From: Chiloscyllium plagiosum
Taxonomy: Eukaryota
Assembly (NCBI RefSeq): GCF_004010195.1
Contig: NC_057718.1
Span: forward strand, 84,793,968 to 84,857,967
Direction of reading: 5' to 3'
Length of the DNA stretch: 64,000 nt
Shown here: positions 24,530 to 38,219 of the stretch, in pieces
Layout of the letters: each line of letters opens with the position of its first letter
How positions within the stretch are numbered: the stretch's first letter is position 1
Position numbers and translations under genes: made by a program
The notes under the pieces: generated by a model
What the model saw: the letters and a program-made list of their open reading frames with translations, nothing else
Database searches by the model: none
What the model was told of the DNA's origin: nothing

Positions 24530-25790
24530 ATGCAAAAAAAACCCCAGAAATTGCTGGAAATGCTCAGCAGGTCTGGCAGCATCTGTGTAGAGAAATCAGA
24601 GTTAACGTTTCGGGTCCAGTGACCCTTCAGAACTGATTGTAGCTTGTATTTGCAGAAGAGAGGGTGGGGGGAGGGTCTGAGGAGTAAACAGTACCTGGTG
24701 ATAGAGCCCAAAGAGAGAAGAACAGTTGGATAGACCAAGGAGTGGATAACAATCTGGCTAGGAGGGTGAATGGCTATTAATGGGGACTGTTAGTGGCTAA
24801 CAATGGGTTGTGTGAATAGCAGACTATGTGGTAACAAAACCTGGTGTGTGGAGGTCGGGGCAAGGACATGGGGGAGTTCAAGCCCTGAAGTTATTGAACT
24901 CCATATTGAGTCCAGAAGGATGCAGGGTTCCCAAGTGGAAAATGAGGTGGTGTTCTTCCAGCTTGTGTTGAGCTTCACTGGACCATGGCAGCAAGCCAGA
25001 TATTGGCCAGGGAACATGGTGGTGTGTTGAAGTGGCAGGCAACTGGAAGCTCAGGGTCTTTTTAGTGGATAGAACGTAGGTGTTTGTGGTGAAAGGGTTA
25101 AAATTGTGTCCCAATACATGTGTGAATCTAACCGAAAATGGAAGGTGTCGCTTAGTCCCGTGTGAATCTTATTACACACCTTCCCGTGTGAATCTTCTTA
25201 TCTGTATGTGACCAGAATGGAATGTGTTTTTCAGCCTTGCTCTGCTGTTCACATGAATGTTTAGATCTCGAAAAGAGTATATCAGCTGGAAAAGTCTCCA
25301 GTTCGGTAGAGTCTGCTCCGGGGTTGCGTTTAACCGCCGAGCGTGGGTTGTTGGCAACCGCTCTACGAGAACTGACGGCTCCCAGTTCCGGTAACACGTA
25401 GAGTGAGTATAAACCAGACCCGTTGTAAGTACGAGACCTGGTTGTGGCGACGCTGCGGGGAATAAAACACTTATATTCTAGCAGACTCGCCTCTTGGCTG
25501 TTTGTTCTGTGTCAGACTACTTTCCTGCGAGCCTGGTCCTTGACCTTGAGAATTTTTTAAAACAGTGTTCTGCGAAACAGTCTGGATACTGAGGATGGAG
25601 GAGGTAAATGGGCAGGTGTTACACCTTTCGGTTGCAGGGGAAAGTGCTGTAGTGGTGTGTTGGGAGTGAAGAAAGAGTGGACCAGGGTGTCCTGGAGGGA
25701 ACAGTCCCTGCCGAAGGTGGACAAGAGAGGGGAGGGGAATATGTGTCTGGTTTTGGCATCTCACTGGAGGTGGCGGAAATGGTGGTTAAT
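24530..25790 (-). mobile_element. Penelope-like family D element (GIY-YIG region) interrupted by a solo LTR
   Basis: HKLEEHHLIFHLGTLHPSGLNMEFNNFR and RCNTCPFTS on minus strand; terminal aacgtttcgggtccagtgacccttc. Confidence 0.85.
25085..25564 (+). mobile_element. Solo LTR (480 bp), TG...CA, 5-bp TSD GTGTT
   Basis: gtgtt(25080-84)|TGTGGTG...AAAACA|gtgtt(25565-69); TATAAA 25408-13, AATAAA 25461-66; host PLE sequence resumes after removal. Confidence 0.85.
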
Positions 25791-25949
25791 GATCTTATAG
25801 TTGTGGTAAGATGGAGATCATTTGATCAGTTGCCTTTGCCATTTCCCCTTCTTCCCCTAATCCAATAGACCAAACCTCCAAGACATGCACCCAGTTCTAG
25901 ACCTGATCTTGAACGTTTTTCTAGTTTTTCTCTCATTTTCCGTCATGTT

Positions 25950-27340
25950 GAGCTCATTTTGTTCATGACACCCATTTGTTCTTTCAACTCAAATCCCACT
26001 AAACAACTAACTGTCCAACTCCCCTTCCTGGTTCCCATGTTAGCTGATATTTTTAATGCTCTTCCTCCTTGGGTTTTATCACTTTCAAATCTGCACTGTC
26101 ACCCTTCCCCCCCCCCCAAAAACATTAATCCTTTACTCCTACCCTGGCTCCCATCTTTTTAAACAACTACTCTGCCTCCAACCTGCTTTTCCTCTTTAAG
26201 GTACTTGACATTGTCTCCCAAATTTGTGCCTTTTGTTCTGGAACTCCCTGTTTGAATCCCCTCAATTATATATCCCCTGCTACTTCCATAGTACACAGCT
26301 TGGAAGGATAGATAGGGGTGATGGCGAGGTAGATCTGAGTGTTGTCAATGTATGTTTGTAAACTGATCCATGTTTTTGGATGATGTAGGCAAGAGGCAAC
26401 ATGCAGATGAAAAATTGGAAGGGAGGAGAGTGATAAATTATGTCCTATGTGACTGTGAGAGAAGAAAATTCATCCTTTTTTGACACGTTTGACATCTTTG
26501 ATCATGCCATCCTCCTCGATTGTCACTCCATTGCCATCCAGCTGGGTGGAAATGTGCTCATTTCCATTCTCATCCATTTAATTGCAATTGGAGAATTGCC
26601 TGCAATAGTTTTTCCTCCCACTCCTGTACTATGACCTCTGGTGTCCCTCAGGGGTTTATCCTTGGGCCCCTCCTATTTTTCATTATATACTTGCCCCTTG
26701 GTGACATCATCTGAAAACACACATTAGTTTGTAAATGTACACTGTGAACATCCAGATCGCCTCACCATCATCCCCCTCTATCCCTCCGCAGCTTCTGAAT
26801 TGCCTGACATCTGCTCCTAGATGATTAGAAATAGCCCCCATTCAGACATTGGGAACAGCGACAACATTGTCTTTGGTGACTGTTACAAAATCTATTAGCC
26901 AGCCACCAACGTCATCCCTCTCCCTGACAACTGTATCAGTTAAACCAGATTATTTGCTAATCTGGATATCATGTGTAACCACGTGAGCATCCTGCATCAT
27001 AGCCAAGCCATTGCTAAGACAACCTGTTTCCAACTCCATAATGTTTACTAATATCACTGTCATGGCTCATCTGTTACTGAAACTCAGCCATGCCTTTATT
27101 TCAAGATTATTGTAATGCACTGGTCTTCAATGTTATACCCGCCATAAGCTTGTGGTCATTGAAAACACTGCTGGCCATCTCCTTGTATCAGTTCTTGCTC
27201 TTTAATGGAGCTGTGCTCAATGACCTTTATGCAATCCAGTTAAAACAGTGTCTTGATTTGAAAGTTCTTATCTTTGTTTTTGGATCCTTCCATGGCCTTT
27301 TCTCTCCCTATCTTGGTAAATTTCCTTCAGTCCCCAAACA
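25950..27340 (+). mobile_element. L2-like LINE RT remnants (mostly +)
   Basis: FDIFDHAILL and TSGVPQGFILGPLLFFIIYLPLGDII RT motifs; heavily degraded. Confidence 0.75.
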
Positions 27341-27357
27341 CTCTGAGATAGCAGAGT

Positions 27358-27485
27358 GCGGCATGGTGGCTCAGTGTTTAGCACTGCTGCCTCACAGTGC
27401 CAAGGACCCAGGTTGGACTGTGGGAGGAAACCCATGCAGACACGGGGAGAATGTGCAAACTCCACACAGACAGTTGCCTGAGGCC
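27358..27485. mobile_element. Rearranged HE1 SINE: + strand tRNA head fused to - strand V-domain
   Basis: gcggcatggtggctcagtgtttagcactg...cccaggtt joined to ggactgtgggaggaaacccatgcagacacggggagaatgtgcaaactcc. Confidence 0.8.
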
Positions 27486-28299
27486 TTGTTATATTTGGTC
27501 TTATTACTTTAACACAAATGTAAATGCATGCAGATATAACAGCCATTTATTAAAACACCACTGACGATTATGAAAGTCCTATAAGATGATTTGCTTATAC
27601 TTGTATTTTTTCCCCACTTCATTCATATTATCAATAAATCATGTTGAAGCAAAGATGTGTGTGGGTGACTATATAATTAATTAATTGTGCCAGTAATAGA
27701 GAAATAGTATAGCCAATTAGTTAAACAAAGGTACATGATCTCTGAAAAGCATTTTATCCTGCACAGTCCTTTTCAACTGTCCTATTACCATGATTATATT
27801 ACCTAATTAGCTCAGTACCATTTCTCCTGAGCACTGGTGATCAGATAGACATACACTAAATCATTACAGATATTGCTGAGTGTTTACTTTCTGGCATTGC
27901 ATCATCCCCTTAATCAGTTGAAATGTAGCGCCCTGCCCACACATGGTGTACAGCTTGCATTCTCAGATTCAACCTCACCATGTTCAGTGGAAAGTCATTT
28001 TCAACTCAAACTGGTCTTTAAGAAGAGGCTGGTCCCACAAGTTGTACAAGACATTAAAATATCCGTGATAGTATGGACCGTCATTCCTACACTCCTCCAA
28101 TTCTTCTCAATGTTGTCTGCCATGTAAAACTGTCCTGGTTGGCCCTTGTTTTCCAATACTCCGTTTGCAGATGAATTATTGTTAGCAGCGCAGTTAACTG
28201 AAATAACATCAGCATAAGACCTGGGTGTATCATGGTGTTCATAACACTGACCGCTGTAAGGATACAATTGAGCAGTGATTCCCACCTGCAAAAATGTCC

Positions 28300-29467
28300 A
28301 ACCTATTCAACAAGGTGCCACACAAAAGGCTGCTGCGTAAGAGAAGGATGCATGGCATTACCGATAATGTATTAGTATGGATAGAGGATTGGTTAACTAA
28401 TAGGAAATAAAGAGTGGGCATAAGTGAGTGCTTTTCTGGTTGCTAATCAGTGACTGGTTTTGTGCCTCAGGGATCAGTATTGGGACTGCAATTATTTGTA
28501 ATTTACATAGACGATTTGGAGTTGGGGACCACGTTTAGTGTGTCAAAGTTTGCGGATGACACTAAGATGATTCATAGAGCAAAGAGTGCAGAGGACTGTG
28601 ACACTTTGCAGATGGACATAGATAATTTAAGTGAGCGGGCAAAAGTCTGGCAGATGGAGTACAATGTTAATAAATGTGAATCATCCATTTTGGTAGGAAT
28701 AACAATAAAAATGTCAATTATTTGAATAGTAGGAAATTGCAGCATGCTGCTTGCAGAGGGACCTGGGTGTCCGAGTGCATCAATCACAAGGTTGGTCTGC
28801 AGGTGGAACAGGTAATTAAGGCAAATGGAATTCTGCCCTTCATTGCTAAAGGGATTGAGTTTAAAAGCAGGAAGTTTATGTTGCAGCTGTATAGGGTGCT
28901 GCTGAGACCATATCTGTAGTACTGCTTGTAGTTTTGGTCTCCTTACTTGAGAAAGGGTCTACTGGCCCTAGAGGGGGTGCAGAAGAGGGTTCACTAGGTT
29001 GATTCTGGAGTTGAGGTGGTTGGCTTATAAGTGGTAGTCTAGGATAACATTCATTGGCATTTAGAAGAATGAAGGGAGATGTTATAGAAATACATTAAAT
29101 TATGAAGGGAATAGATAAGATAGAAGTAGAGAGGATGTTTCCACTGACAAGTGAAACTAAGGACAAGAGGTCATAGCCTCAAAATTAGGGGGAGCAGATT
29201 TAGGACCGAAATAAGAAGGAACTACTTCACCCAGAGAATTGTGAATCTGTGGAATTCCCGGCCCAGTGAAGTAGTTGAGGCTTCTTCATTGGATGTTTTT
29301 AAAGCTGAGATAGATAATTTTTTGAACAGTAAAGAAATGAAGGGTTATGGTGAGAGGGTGGGTAAGTGGAGCTGAGGCCACAAAAAAGATCAGCCATGAT
29401 CTTATTGAATGGCAGAGTGGGCTCGAAGGGCCAGACAGTCTACTCCTGCTCCTGGCTCTTATGTTCT
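28300..29467 (+). mobile_element. CR1-like LINE, 5'-truncated RT and 3' UTR
   Basis: VPQGSVLGLQLFVIYIDDL...SKFADDTK; RTRGHSLKI; tail cttatgttct. Confidence 0.92.
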
Positions 29468-31559
29468 GTAGGTTTGTGGAAAGATTAATTCACAGAGGAG
29501 ATTTTTCATTCTGTCATGCGTCCCACTCTTCTGATTCAAAGTTTGTAGAAGTCTCACTTTGGACTTTACAATGGTGACTGTCCACAACAGTTACTTGATT
29601 GAAATGCTGAAGCTGTTGAAATTTCCCTCTGGTACAGCATCTGTTTCCCCCAAATAACCGTTTAGGCTTTTAATTTATAAATAAGAATGGTGTGCCATGA
29701 AAGACCTAATATTTGATATATGTGCAGCAGAGTTTCTGCCTCACTTTGTGCTGGGTTTCCTACCATCATCCTCTTTGACTATTGGTATCCTACAAGGCCT
29801 GATTGAGCTATTGAGCTAGTGTGATAGAGGAAAGCCATTTACTGGTCCAACTAGAAGAGACCATTGTATGAACAAGAAGTGGTTTGTTTCATGTTAGTAA
29901 CTTGTACAGGTTACATTCAAATTCACGGGTTTATATCATCAATCTCTTTTCTTCCTGCCACCTTCTTGTAATTTACCCCTCCTGTTTTATTCTAGTAATC
30001 CCCAAACCCCCTAGCAAAAGCAAAGTACTGTTGTAGCTGGGAACCTGAAATCAAAACAGAAAATGCTGGAGAATTTCAGGTAGGTCTGTGGAATGAGAAA
30101 CCAGACTTATCATTTCCGGTCCAATATGACTGTTCTTCAGAACTGAAGTCATGTTGCCTTCACAACCTCTGAAGGAGTTGGGAGATTTCTGATCATGTTC
30201 TCTCCTTACTCCTTACTCCAGATTACAGGGAAGGTGAGTGAACTGTTGAGAGTGACAAGCGTCTAAGGAATTGAATGGCCATCCAACTGCTCCTCATTAT
30301 ATAACATAACTGGTTGAACTGTACAAGTGTGGGTCTTTGGTATCTGAAAAGTAAAGGGGGTACAGAAGCATTCATGACCATGGCCTTTGTCCCAAAATCT
30401 CCTCAACAATGTTTGGATCAGGGGAGTCCTTTGAACATCATCCGGTTTTATTCATTTCAGTCTCTGCTGAGTATCCCAAGATATGGGAGATGTGGAAGTT
30501 GGACTGGGGTGGACAAGGTCAATAATCAAACAACACCAGGTTATAGTCCAACAGGTTTATTTGAAACTGCGAGCTTTTGGAGCTCTGCTTCTTCCTCAGG
30601 CATGATATGATAGGGAAGTATAAGACCAAGACAATACTGCCACCTGTTGGCCTCCCATTCTTTTGACCTGACATGACGTAATGAGGTGGTAGAGACCCCT
30701 GTGATGTCTGCCAGGGTCACTGCTAACCTAGTGTGTTGCAGCTTTGGATATTTATTTTGTCTGATCTTGATTTTTGTTCTGTTTGCTTGAAAAATGTTGT
30801 ACTTGCAGCTCTAAGTATGTCCAGATTTCCATCACCTACTTAGTTTTCTCACTGCTCTTGAATTCTGAAACTTCTTTATCCCTGGCCTCAGCCTTTTCTA
30901 CTAACTTAAGAATCTACATTTGACACAGTATAGCTATTGTCTTAGTTTGTGCGACATTAACCATTAGGTAGCTTCAAATTGTGAAGAAATATCTGAACCA
31001 TGTCCAGAATATTTCCAGGTCTTGCCATTGTTAATTGGAGATCCTCCTTGAGCTGCATTCCTGAGAGAATATCTACCCCTTGAACTGATACTAACTTGAT
31101 GAAGATTGAATTACTTCAGGGTTATCAAAATGTTTGTCAAATTTGTCTCATTACTTTAAGCACCAATGTAAACGCTCGTGCAGTTATTACAATGCAGGAT
31201 CGAATCTTTATTGTTTCCTGTGAGAGTTCCCCAGTGCAATGATTTGCTCGCCCCACTTAAACACCATTTGTTCTTTTTGATCTTGTGCATATTATCAACA
31301 ATAATCAAAGTTGCAGTGAAGAAACAATTCCTAAAAATGAAAGAGTAACCAATTAGTTGTACCAAAACATAGCTATATAGTATAAGTAATTAATTGTAGT
31401 TAAAGATTCACTGTTAGAATATATGCTTTTCCAATTATCCCATTACAATGGTAATATTGCATCATTTCACTCAGCATCACTTCCCATAAGTGCTAGGATT
31501 TGGCATGTTCCTGGTCAATGCTGCCACTACTTTAGATTCCTCCACTGTCACTAGATTAT

Positions 31560-32640
31560 CAGACAGCGCACTTGGCATCCAGTATTTTGGGAAGATCAAA
31601 GCCGTGTTTTTGGTACAGCTACAGATTTTTATCCCTAGCTACCAACTCTAGCCCTCACTCTGGCAATTACCTGAGACTGAACAATGTTGTTTGCATCTGT
31701 GATGTAAAATTAATCCTGAGATGTTCACCCAAACATATATTTGTGCCAACATCAAGGTTCCCAATTGCCACTTAATTTGTTTGTTCATGGGAGAGGATGT
31801 TGCTGGTGAGACTGGCATTTATTGTCCGTCTGTAATTGTCCTTGAACTGCTGCTTTGCCTAATGTATTGGTACATCTACAGTGCTGTTAGGAAGTGAGTT
31901 CCAGGAATTTGACCCAGCAGCAGTGGAAGAATGATATAGTTCCAAGTCAGGATGGTGTGTGGCTTGGATGCTGTTGTGCTTCCAGGTGGTAGAGATCATG
32001 GGTTTGGAAAGTGCTGTCAGAAGAGGTATGATGTATAATGCCCAACTCCGTGCTGCCTCCTCTTATCTGCTGCTGAAATGCTTGTCTATTCTTTTGTTAG
32101 CTCTAAATTTGACTATTCCAACTTGATCCTGGCCAATTGCCCACATTTCACCTTCCGTAAACCTGAGGCCATCTAAAACTCTGTGCCTCTTCCTTCCTCA
32201 CTCACCAAATTCCATCCATCCATCACATCTATACTTGATGACCTACACTTACTCCTGGCTTAGCAAAAGCTTGAAATTCTTGACCTTCATTTCAACACTC
32301 CCCATCTCTGTTATCTCGTCCAAGCCAACAACCTTTCGAGACATTTGTTCTCCTCTAATTCTAGCCTCTTGAGCATCCCTAATTTTACTTATTCCACAAT
32401 TACTGCCTTTGCTTTCAGGTATCAAAGCCCTAGTCCATAGATTCCCTCTCTAAACTCTGTAATGTGTCTATCTACCCTCCCTCTGTTTAAGATATTCCTT
32501 TAAACCAACCTCCTTTACAAAGCGTTTTGTCATCTGCCTTAAATTGCCATATGTTTTATGATACTCCTGTGAAATGTCTTGGGACATTTTATTGCATTAA
32601 AACTGCTTTATATAAATACAAGTGGTGTTGTTACAAATGT
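31560..32640 (+). mobile_element. L2-like LINE 3' remnant with an inserted opposite-strand LINE fragment (~31780-32030)
   Basis: Degraded L2-type 3' sequence ending tatataaatacaagtggtgttgtt. Confidence 0.55.
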
Positions 32641-33926
32641 TGCTGGGAACTTAGTTTAAGAAATTGCATCCTCCTGTTTATTTTTGGAAATGTTTGTTCT
32701 CACTGGACACTTACACAATACATGCCTTACAATCCTATTTTTAGCAGAAAACTATTTTAACTCATCACATGTCGATCCTAATTTAATGTACATTGGTCTG
32801 ACAACATGCCCAATACATTGAGCTTCTTGGGTTGTATGGGCCCTTGTTCTCACAGGAATGTATTAGGATCCTTCCATGCATCATTTATTTAGACTCATAG
32901 AGTCATACATTATGAACTGAGACATTTTGGTCCAACTGCATTTGGCCCATATCCCTGTCAACCTTTTCTGTTCTTGTACCTGTCAAAATGTCTTTTAAAT
33001 GTTGTAACTGTTCCTGCATCCTTCACTTCCTCTGGCAGTACATTCCATATATGTATCACCTCTGTGAGGAAAACTTTGCACAAGCTTCACTTTCTACTTT
33101 TACAAAGTAAGTAGGCCTAACACAGATTTCCAGATTAAACACTGTTCTGAGGAAGCATCACCGAACTTGCAATGTCAACTTTAATTTCTTTTCACAGATG
33201 CTGCCAGACCTGCTGAGCTTTTCCAGCAATTTCTGTTTTTGTTACAAATCTACATTTACTTTTCTTCGGTTCTCCAATAGTTATAATCAATATATTAATA
33301 AGAAACATAATAAACTGTCATGTGTCTATCTACCCTCCTTCTGTTTAAGATATTTACACAGGTTGGTTTAAAGGAATATTAGGCTACCACCTGTGACGTG
33401 CATCTCATGAAAGGATCATACAGACAAGACAAAATACTAAACATGTATAAAATCAAAAATCTAAAATTAAAGAAAAAACAAATAATGTAATAATCAGTAG
33501 GTTTAACAGCATCTTTGGAGAGAGAAAAGGAGTTAATGTTTCAAGTTGAACATGACTCCTTTGAGACAAATGACTTTTTTTTTTGTTTTCAGAAGAATAA
33601 TCATATTTGACTTGAAGCACTAACTTTTCTAAACCCAAAGCAGAGGCAGTAAACTATACTTTTGTTCTATTGATTCTCACAGGAATCAAAGATACCTTTC
33701 CAATATCAGAGATGGTGGGGAAATATCATAATAATGACTCTATGACTCTGTGTTCAAGTAGGGAAGCTATTGCCAGTATATTATCAAAATATGTTTTGGT
33801 TACATCGAGTAGGAAACATCTCATCCTAAATGACTACTACTAAGTATTCCTACTTGATTTATTTTATTTGTTATAAGAAATGAACAATGATGTCAAATTG
33901 ATGTTGACCAAACCTTGTTTTTGCAG

Positions 33927-34067
33927 AAGACAAATTCAGCAGTTGTATAAGGAGAGAGAAAAGACCAAAGCAGACTTGGACAGAGCAGAGAGGTGTAATG
34001 TCGAGCTAGCCAGAGAAGTTGATGACCAACATGCCACAATGGAATTGATCAATGAAACCAAAATCAA
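33927..34067 (+). CDS. NINL: Ninein-like protein, exon D (coiled coil); phase 2/2
   Basis: tttttgcag|A...AA|gtcagt; 141 bp; RQIQQLYKEREKTKADLDRAERCNVELAREVDDQHATMELINETKI(K). Confidence 0.92.
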
Positions 34068-34180
34068 GTCAGTAGGAGACATTGGTTGATTTTTTTTTTT
34101 GTTTACTTTTGTTCCCTAGGTGTGAACATTTCCCAGGATGCAGGAGGAGAAAATATTGTGGATCGCAGAAATGATATTTA

Positions 34181-34426
34181 CATAGAACATAGAAGAATAC
34201 AGCGCAGTACAGGCCATTTGGCCCTCGATGTTGCGCCGATCCAAGCCCACCTAACCTACACTAGCCCACTATCCTCCATATGCCTATCCAATGCCCGCTT
34301 AAATGTCCATAAAGAGGGAGAGTCCACCACTGCTACTGGCAGGGCATTCCATGAACTCCCGACTCGCTGAGTAAAGAACCTACCCCTAACATCTGTCCTA
34401 TACCTACCACCCCTTAATTTAAAGCT
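34181..34426 (-). mobile_element. CR1-like LINE 3' tail
   Basis: catagaacatagaa tail, same type as at 42133. Confidence 0.8.
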
Positions 34427-36533
34427 ATTTGTGGGGCATCTTATTGGCAGTGTTGCTATTTATTACCTATCCCATGGTAACCCTTGAGAGGTAATAGTGA
34501 GTTGGCATCTTGAATCACTGCAGTGCGTGTAGCAAAGCCACTGCCATAATATTATTAAGTACGGCATCCCAGGATTTGACCAGGAATGGTGAAAAAATTA
34601 TGATACGTGGCAAAGATAAGATGGTGTGTGATTTGGAGGTGGTGTTCCAATGCAGTTGCTGCCCATGACTGCCTTAGTGGTGGAAATCATGGATTTGGGG
34701 AAGACCTGTTCAACGCTATCAAAATTTCAGGCTACCTACATGGTTAAGAACGCATTGGTGGGCTTCCTGTAAAATGTTTCTTATCAGCTCTTTGATGGGT
34801 TGAAGTACTGTCTTTTGATGTTCTCATCAATTTGCTCCTGACCCTATCTTGCTCAAGATGTTTATTCCTTCCCCAAGTTTGTTTCTGTGGGTTTTAGGTA
34901 CCCTCCAACTGTGTCAACCAGGAAGCTTTTACTACTAATGATGAGTATTTTCCTGCCAGTGTGCTATCCAGAGACATCCGAGCCTAACCTGACCTCATTT
35001 CCAAACACACACACCTTTCATCAGTAAAGCTGGATGTCAAACAGGAAGAGGAACCTCTGGCAACTTCTTATTCTAAGTTATGGGCACTGAGGCCCTGTTG
35101 TCCCTCTAACGTGGGTCAGACAACTAGATCAAGAGTGCCTTGAATTCCCAATGATCCCCCCAAAACTATCCGTTAACCCCCTCCCACCTCAACTGATCAC
35201 TGTTTGTTATGTAAATAGCACATACGATTCTGACTACAGACTTGTTTATAATACCTCTCTCGCCACAGTGGTTTTAGCAATATCATGATATGAATAACGA
35301 TTTGGTAAGAGTACTAGGTGACTCTGGAAGCTTATCACAGCCCCAGTCTTATCCCAAAGAAGGAGACAATGAAAAAAGTTCTCAATAGTAATATGTATAA
35401 TAGGAACAGATTCAACTTTTTAAATACAAAATCAGCAGCAAGCCATTTGCCCCACAACACTGTTATGCTCAGCACAAAACTCCCATTCAGCTTGATTGAA
35501 CCCTAACAACATGTCATTATTTTCTTTCCTCCCTTTATGTAGGTAGCTCATTTTCCCTTCAAATGAATTGTGATGAAAGGGGTAAATTTATATGTATTAA
35601 AATTAATATTGGTATTTGGATTTCAAAATAGAGGCAGTTGAGTGTTGTTTATCTTTTGGAGGGTTTCTATAATAAAAAAGAAGGGTTGGGAAAATCCTTC
35701 TGGAGTAGTGACTAAATTCAACATTTATCAAACTGAAGTGTCTTCAGACCCATATCATGTTAATGCACAGATGTTTATACTGTTGGCTTTATGTTCGTAA
35801 AATAAATGTGAGGCCATTAGCTTTGCTTTCAGTTCAGAATAATCTAAAGTTAAGAGTTTCTTTTTAGTTCTTTTTAGTGAAGATAACTCTGTTGAGTTTA
35901 AAAACAAGTTTAGTTGAAGGAGTTCAGTGCAAGGAACAAGTCATCTCATCAGAAGAGTTTTTAGTTTGTGAAACTTACAAACCAGGAGACTTTGATAAGA
36001 AATCTGCAAGATATTAGAATGTTTTGGCTTTCAGATTTGTGACAAGTTAGTGTTGGCAGATTTGGAAAAGACTCATCAAATTGTCTGCAGCACACAGCAA
36101 AGATTAGCTTTAGTAATATGGAGCCCTAAAGTGCTGCAATAGGTGTACAATTTATCTGGATTTGAGTGTCTGCAGCCAATAGTGTTGGGGAAAAGGCTGA
36201 AGCTTTGTTTTGCTGTATTTTGATTGTCTTCTCCATTTATCTTGTTTTTTTTCAAAATAACATCTTTTATGTAATAAACTTCTGTTGTTAAAGAAAGATC
36301 AGTTTCATGTATATACATCTCACACCATCTGCTGCTAACCTGCCCAGTGACTGTATATGGTAATGAGTTCCAACTTCTGGAGAAGACACGTATCCCAAAT
36401 ATCATTTGTTATAGCTGACATGTTTGGCAGTTTACATTTTGTGATGTGATTGTTGTATTCAGCCATTCTTTTTAATGCAACTCTAGTAAATTGTTTGCTC
36501 ACCTTACCTGCTTGACCATCTCCCCCTTCGCAG

Positions 36534-36708
36534 AGCTTTGGATCAAGGATACAAGGAGAAGATAGCAGCCGTTAAATTAGAGATGGGCAAGGAACAGGAG
36601 ATGATTGTACAGCAGGTGAACACACAGCGAGCTGAACTTGAACATGAGTTAGATTCCCTCCGATCCGATGAGATCCATTTCCAAGAAAAGCTGAAACTGG
36701 CAATGAAG
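36534..36708 (+). CDS. NINL: Ninein-like protein, exon E; phase 2/0
   Basis: cccccttcgcag|A...AAG|gtatgt; 175 bp; ALDQGYKEKIAAVKLEMGKEQEMIVQQVNTQRAELEHELDSLRSDEIHFQEKLKLAMK. Confidence 0.93.
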
Positions 36709-38219
36709 GTATGTCAAAGAAAAGCCTTGTGTTTCTCCCTTTTGGGGAGGATAAATTTATTCAGTTAATGTTCCTGATTGCTCAGGTGCAGGGTCATCAT
36801 TCCTGGCTGGAAAGGGTATTTGAGTGAAATGATTCTTGAGAAGGAATACTTAGTTAATTCCCACAAAAGTAGACTGTATTCTTCCGCCACTTTAACTCCG
36901 TTTACATAATGTGAGGTTCTTAGGAATCCTCTATTGCAGCTCCCCCAGTTTATAGCAGGCAGAGCGATATTGATGATTTTCACCCTCTATATAGAGTGGC
37001 TGATTAAAGAAGAAACTTTCAAAAACAAGTGGAAGGAATTGTCAGTCTTTAACGAAGTTTGAATATCTCAGTGATGATTTGTTCTGGAGAGAGTGAAGGA
37101 GAGACAGACAGAAATGGATAGTCCCTGTCCCCTGTGTTGCAGAATTGAAAAATACAACAGTACAAAAACAAGATGTGATCAGCTACTGAATTGTTCAGAA
37201 TGTTGGAGCACTTTCCACTCTTTAAGTCTTTTTAGTTGACACTTATAATCACAGCAAATTACTAGTTTTGGGCCAGTATGTGTGCTCGATAGGTTAAGCA
37301 TGGATGGCCTAAGTTGGGCTTTGTCATATCAATAAAAGGTGTTGTTACTTTGAAATTGCAAACCATAGCATTTTTTTCCAGCTTTTTATGATGTAATATT
37401 GGCTTTTGCATAAGTGAGGAAAGTTGTACAGTGTCTTAAAATATTCTTTCTATTATTATAATATTAAAATATTCTTTATTGAGTAAGATGCATGCAATTA
37501 CTGTGGAAATGACCGGTCAAATTTTTTGATAATTGTATAAAATTCCTGGTATTTTGTGCCTCCCCTCTCCTCCCTTAAGACTTGGCCTCCTTGTATACAA
37601 TATCCTATATTGGCAACAAAACAGGTTGTGTCACAATCTACGTTCTGCAGTCCTGCCACATCCAGTTGTGAATGGTGAAGAACAATTGGAACAGTTAAGA
37701 GGTGGTGGAGGCTCCGCAGATTTCCCTATCCTCAACAATGGGGAAGTCCGATTGGGTCCTTGCACAGTGGGCAGCTAAGAGTGAACCACATTGCTATGGG
37801 TCTGGAGTCAACATGTAGACCAGACCAGGTAATGGCAGTTTCCTTCCCTAGAGAACATTAGTGAACCAGATGGTTTTTTTGCACAATTGTCAATGGATTC
37901 ATAGTCCTTATTAAACTCTTAGTTCCAGATTTTTATTGAATTCAAGTACTATCCTTTGCCGTGATAGGAGTTGAACCGGGTTCCAAGAAGATTACCTGGG
38001 TCTAGCGGTAATAACACGAGGCTATCGCCTCACTTATTACTCAAATTGATTCACTCCACGTGATATCAAGAAACGGCTGAAGGCACTGGATACTGCAAAG
38101 GCTTTGGGCCTTATCAACATTCTGGCAATAGTACTGAAAACCTGAGCTCCAGAACAAGCTGTGCCTGTAGTCAAGCTGTTCCTATGCAGCTACAACACTT
38201 TGCATTTGTTGACAACTCA

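Noticed and set aside
28001..28291. 96-aa minus-strand ORF as an independent gene
   Set aside because: No recognisable domain or splice support; probably a decayed element
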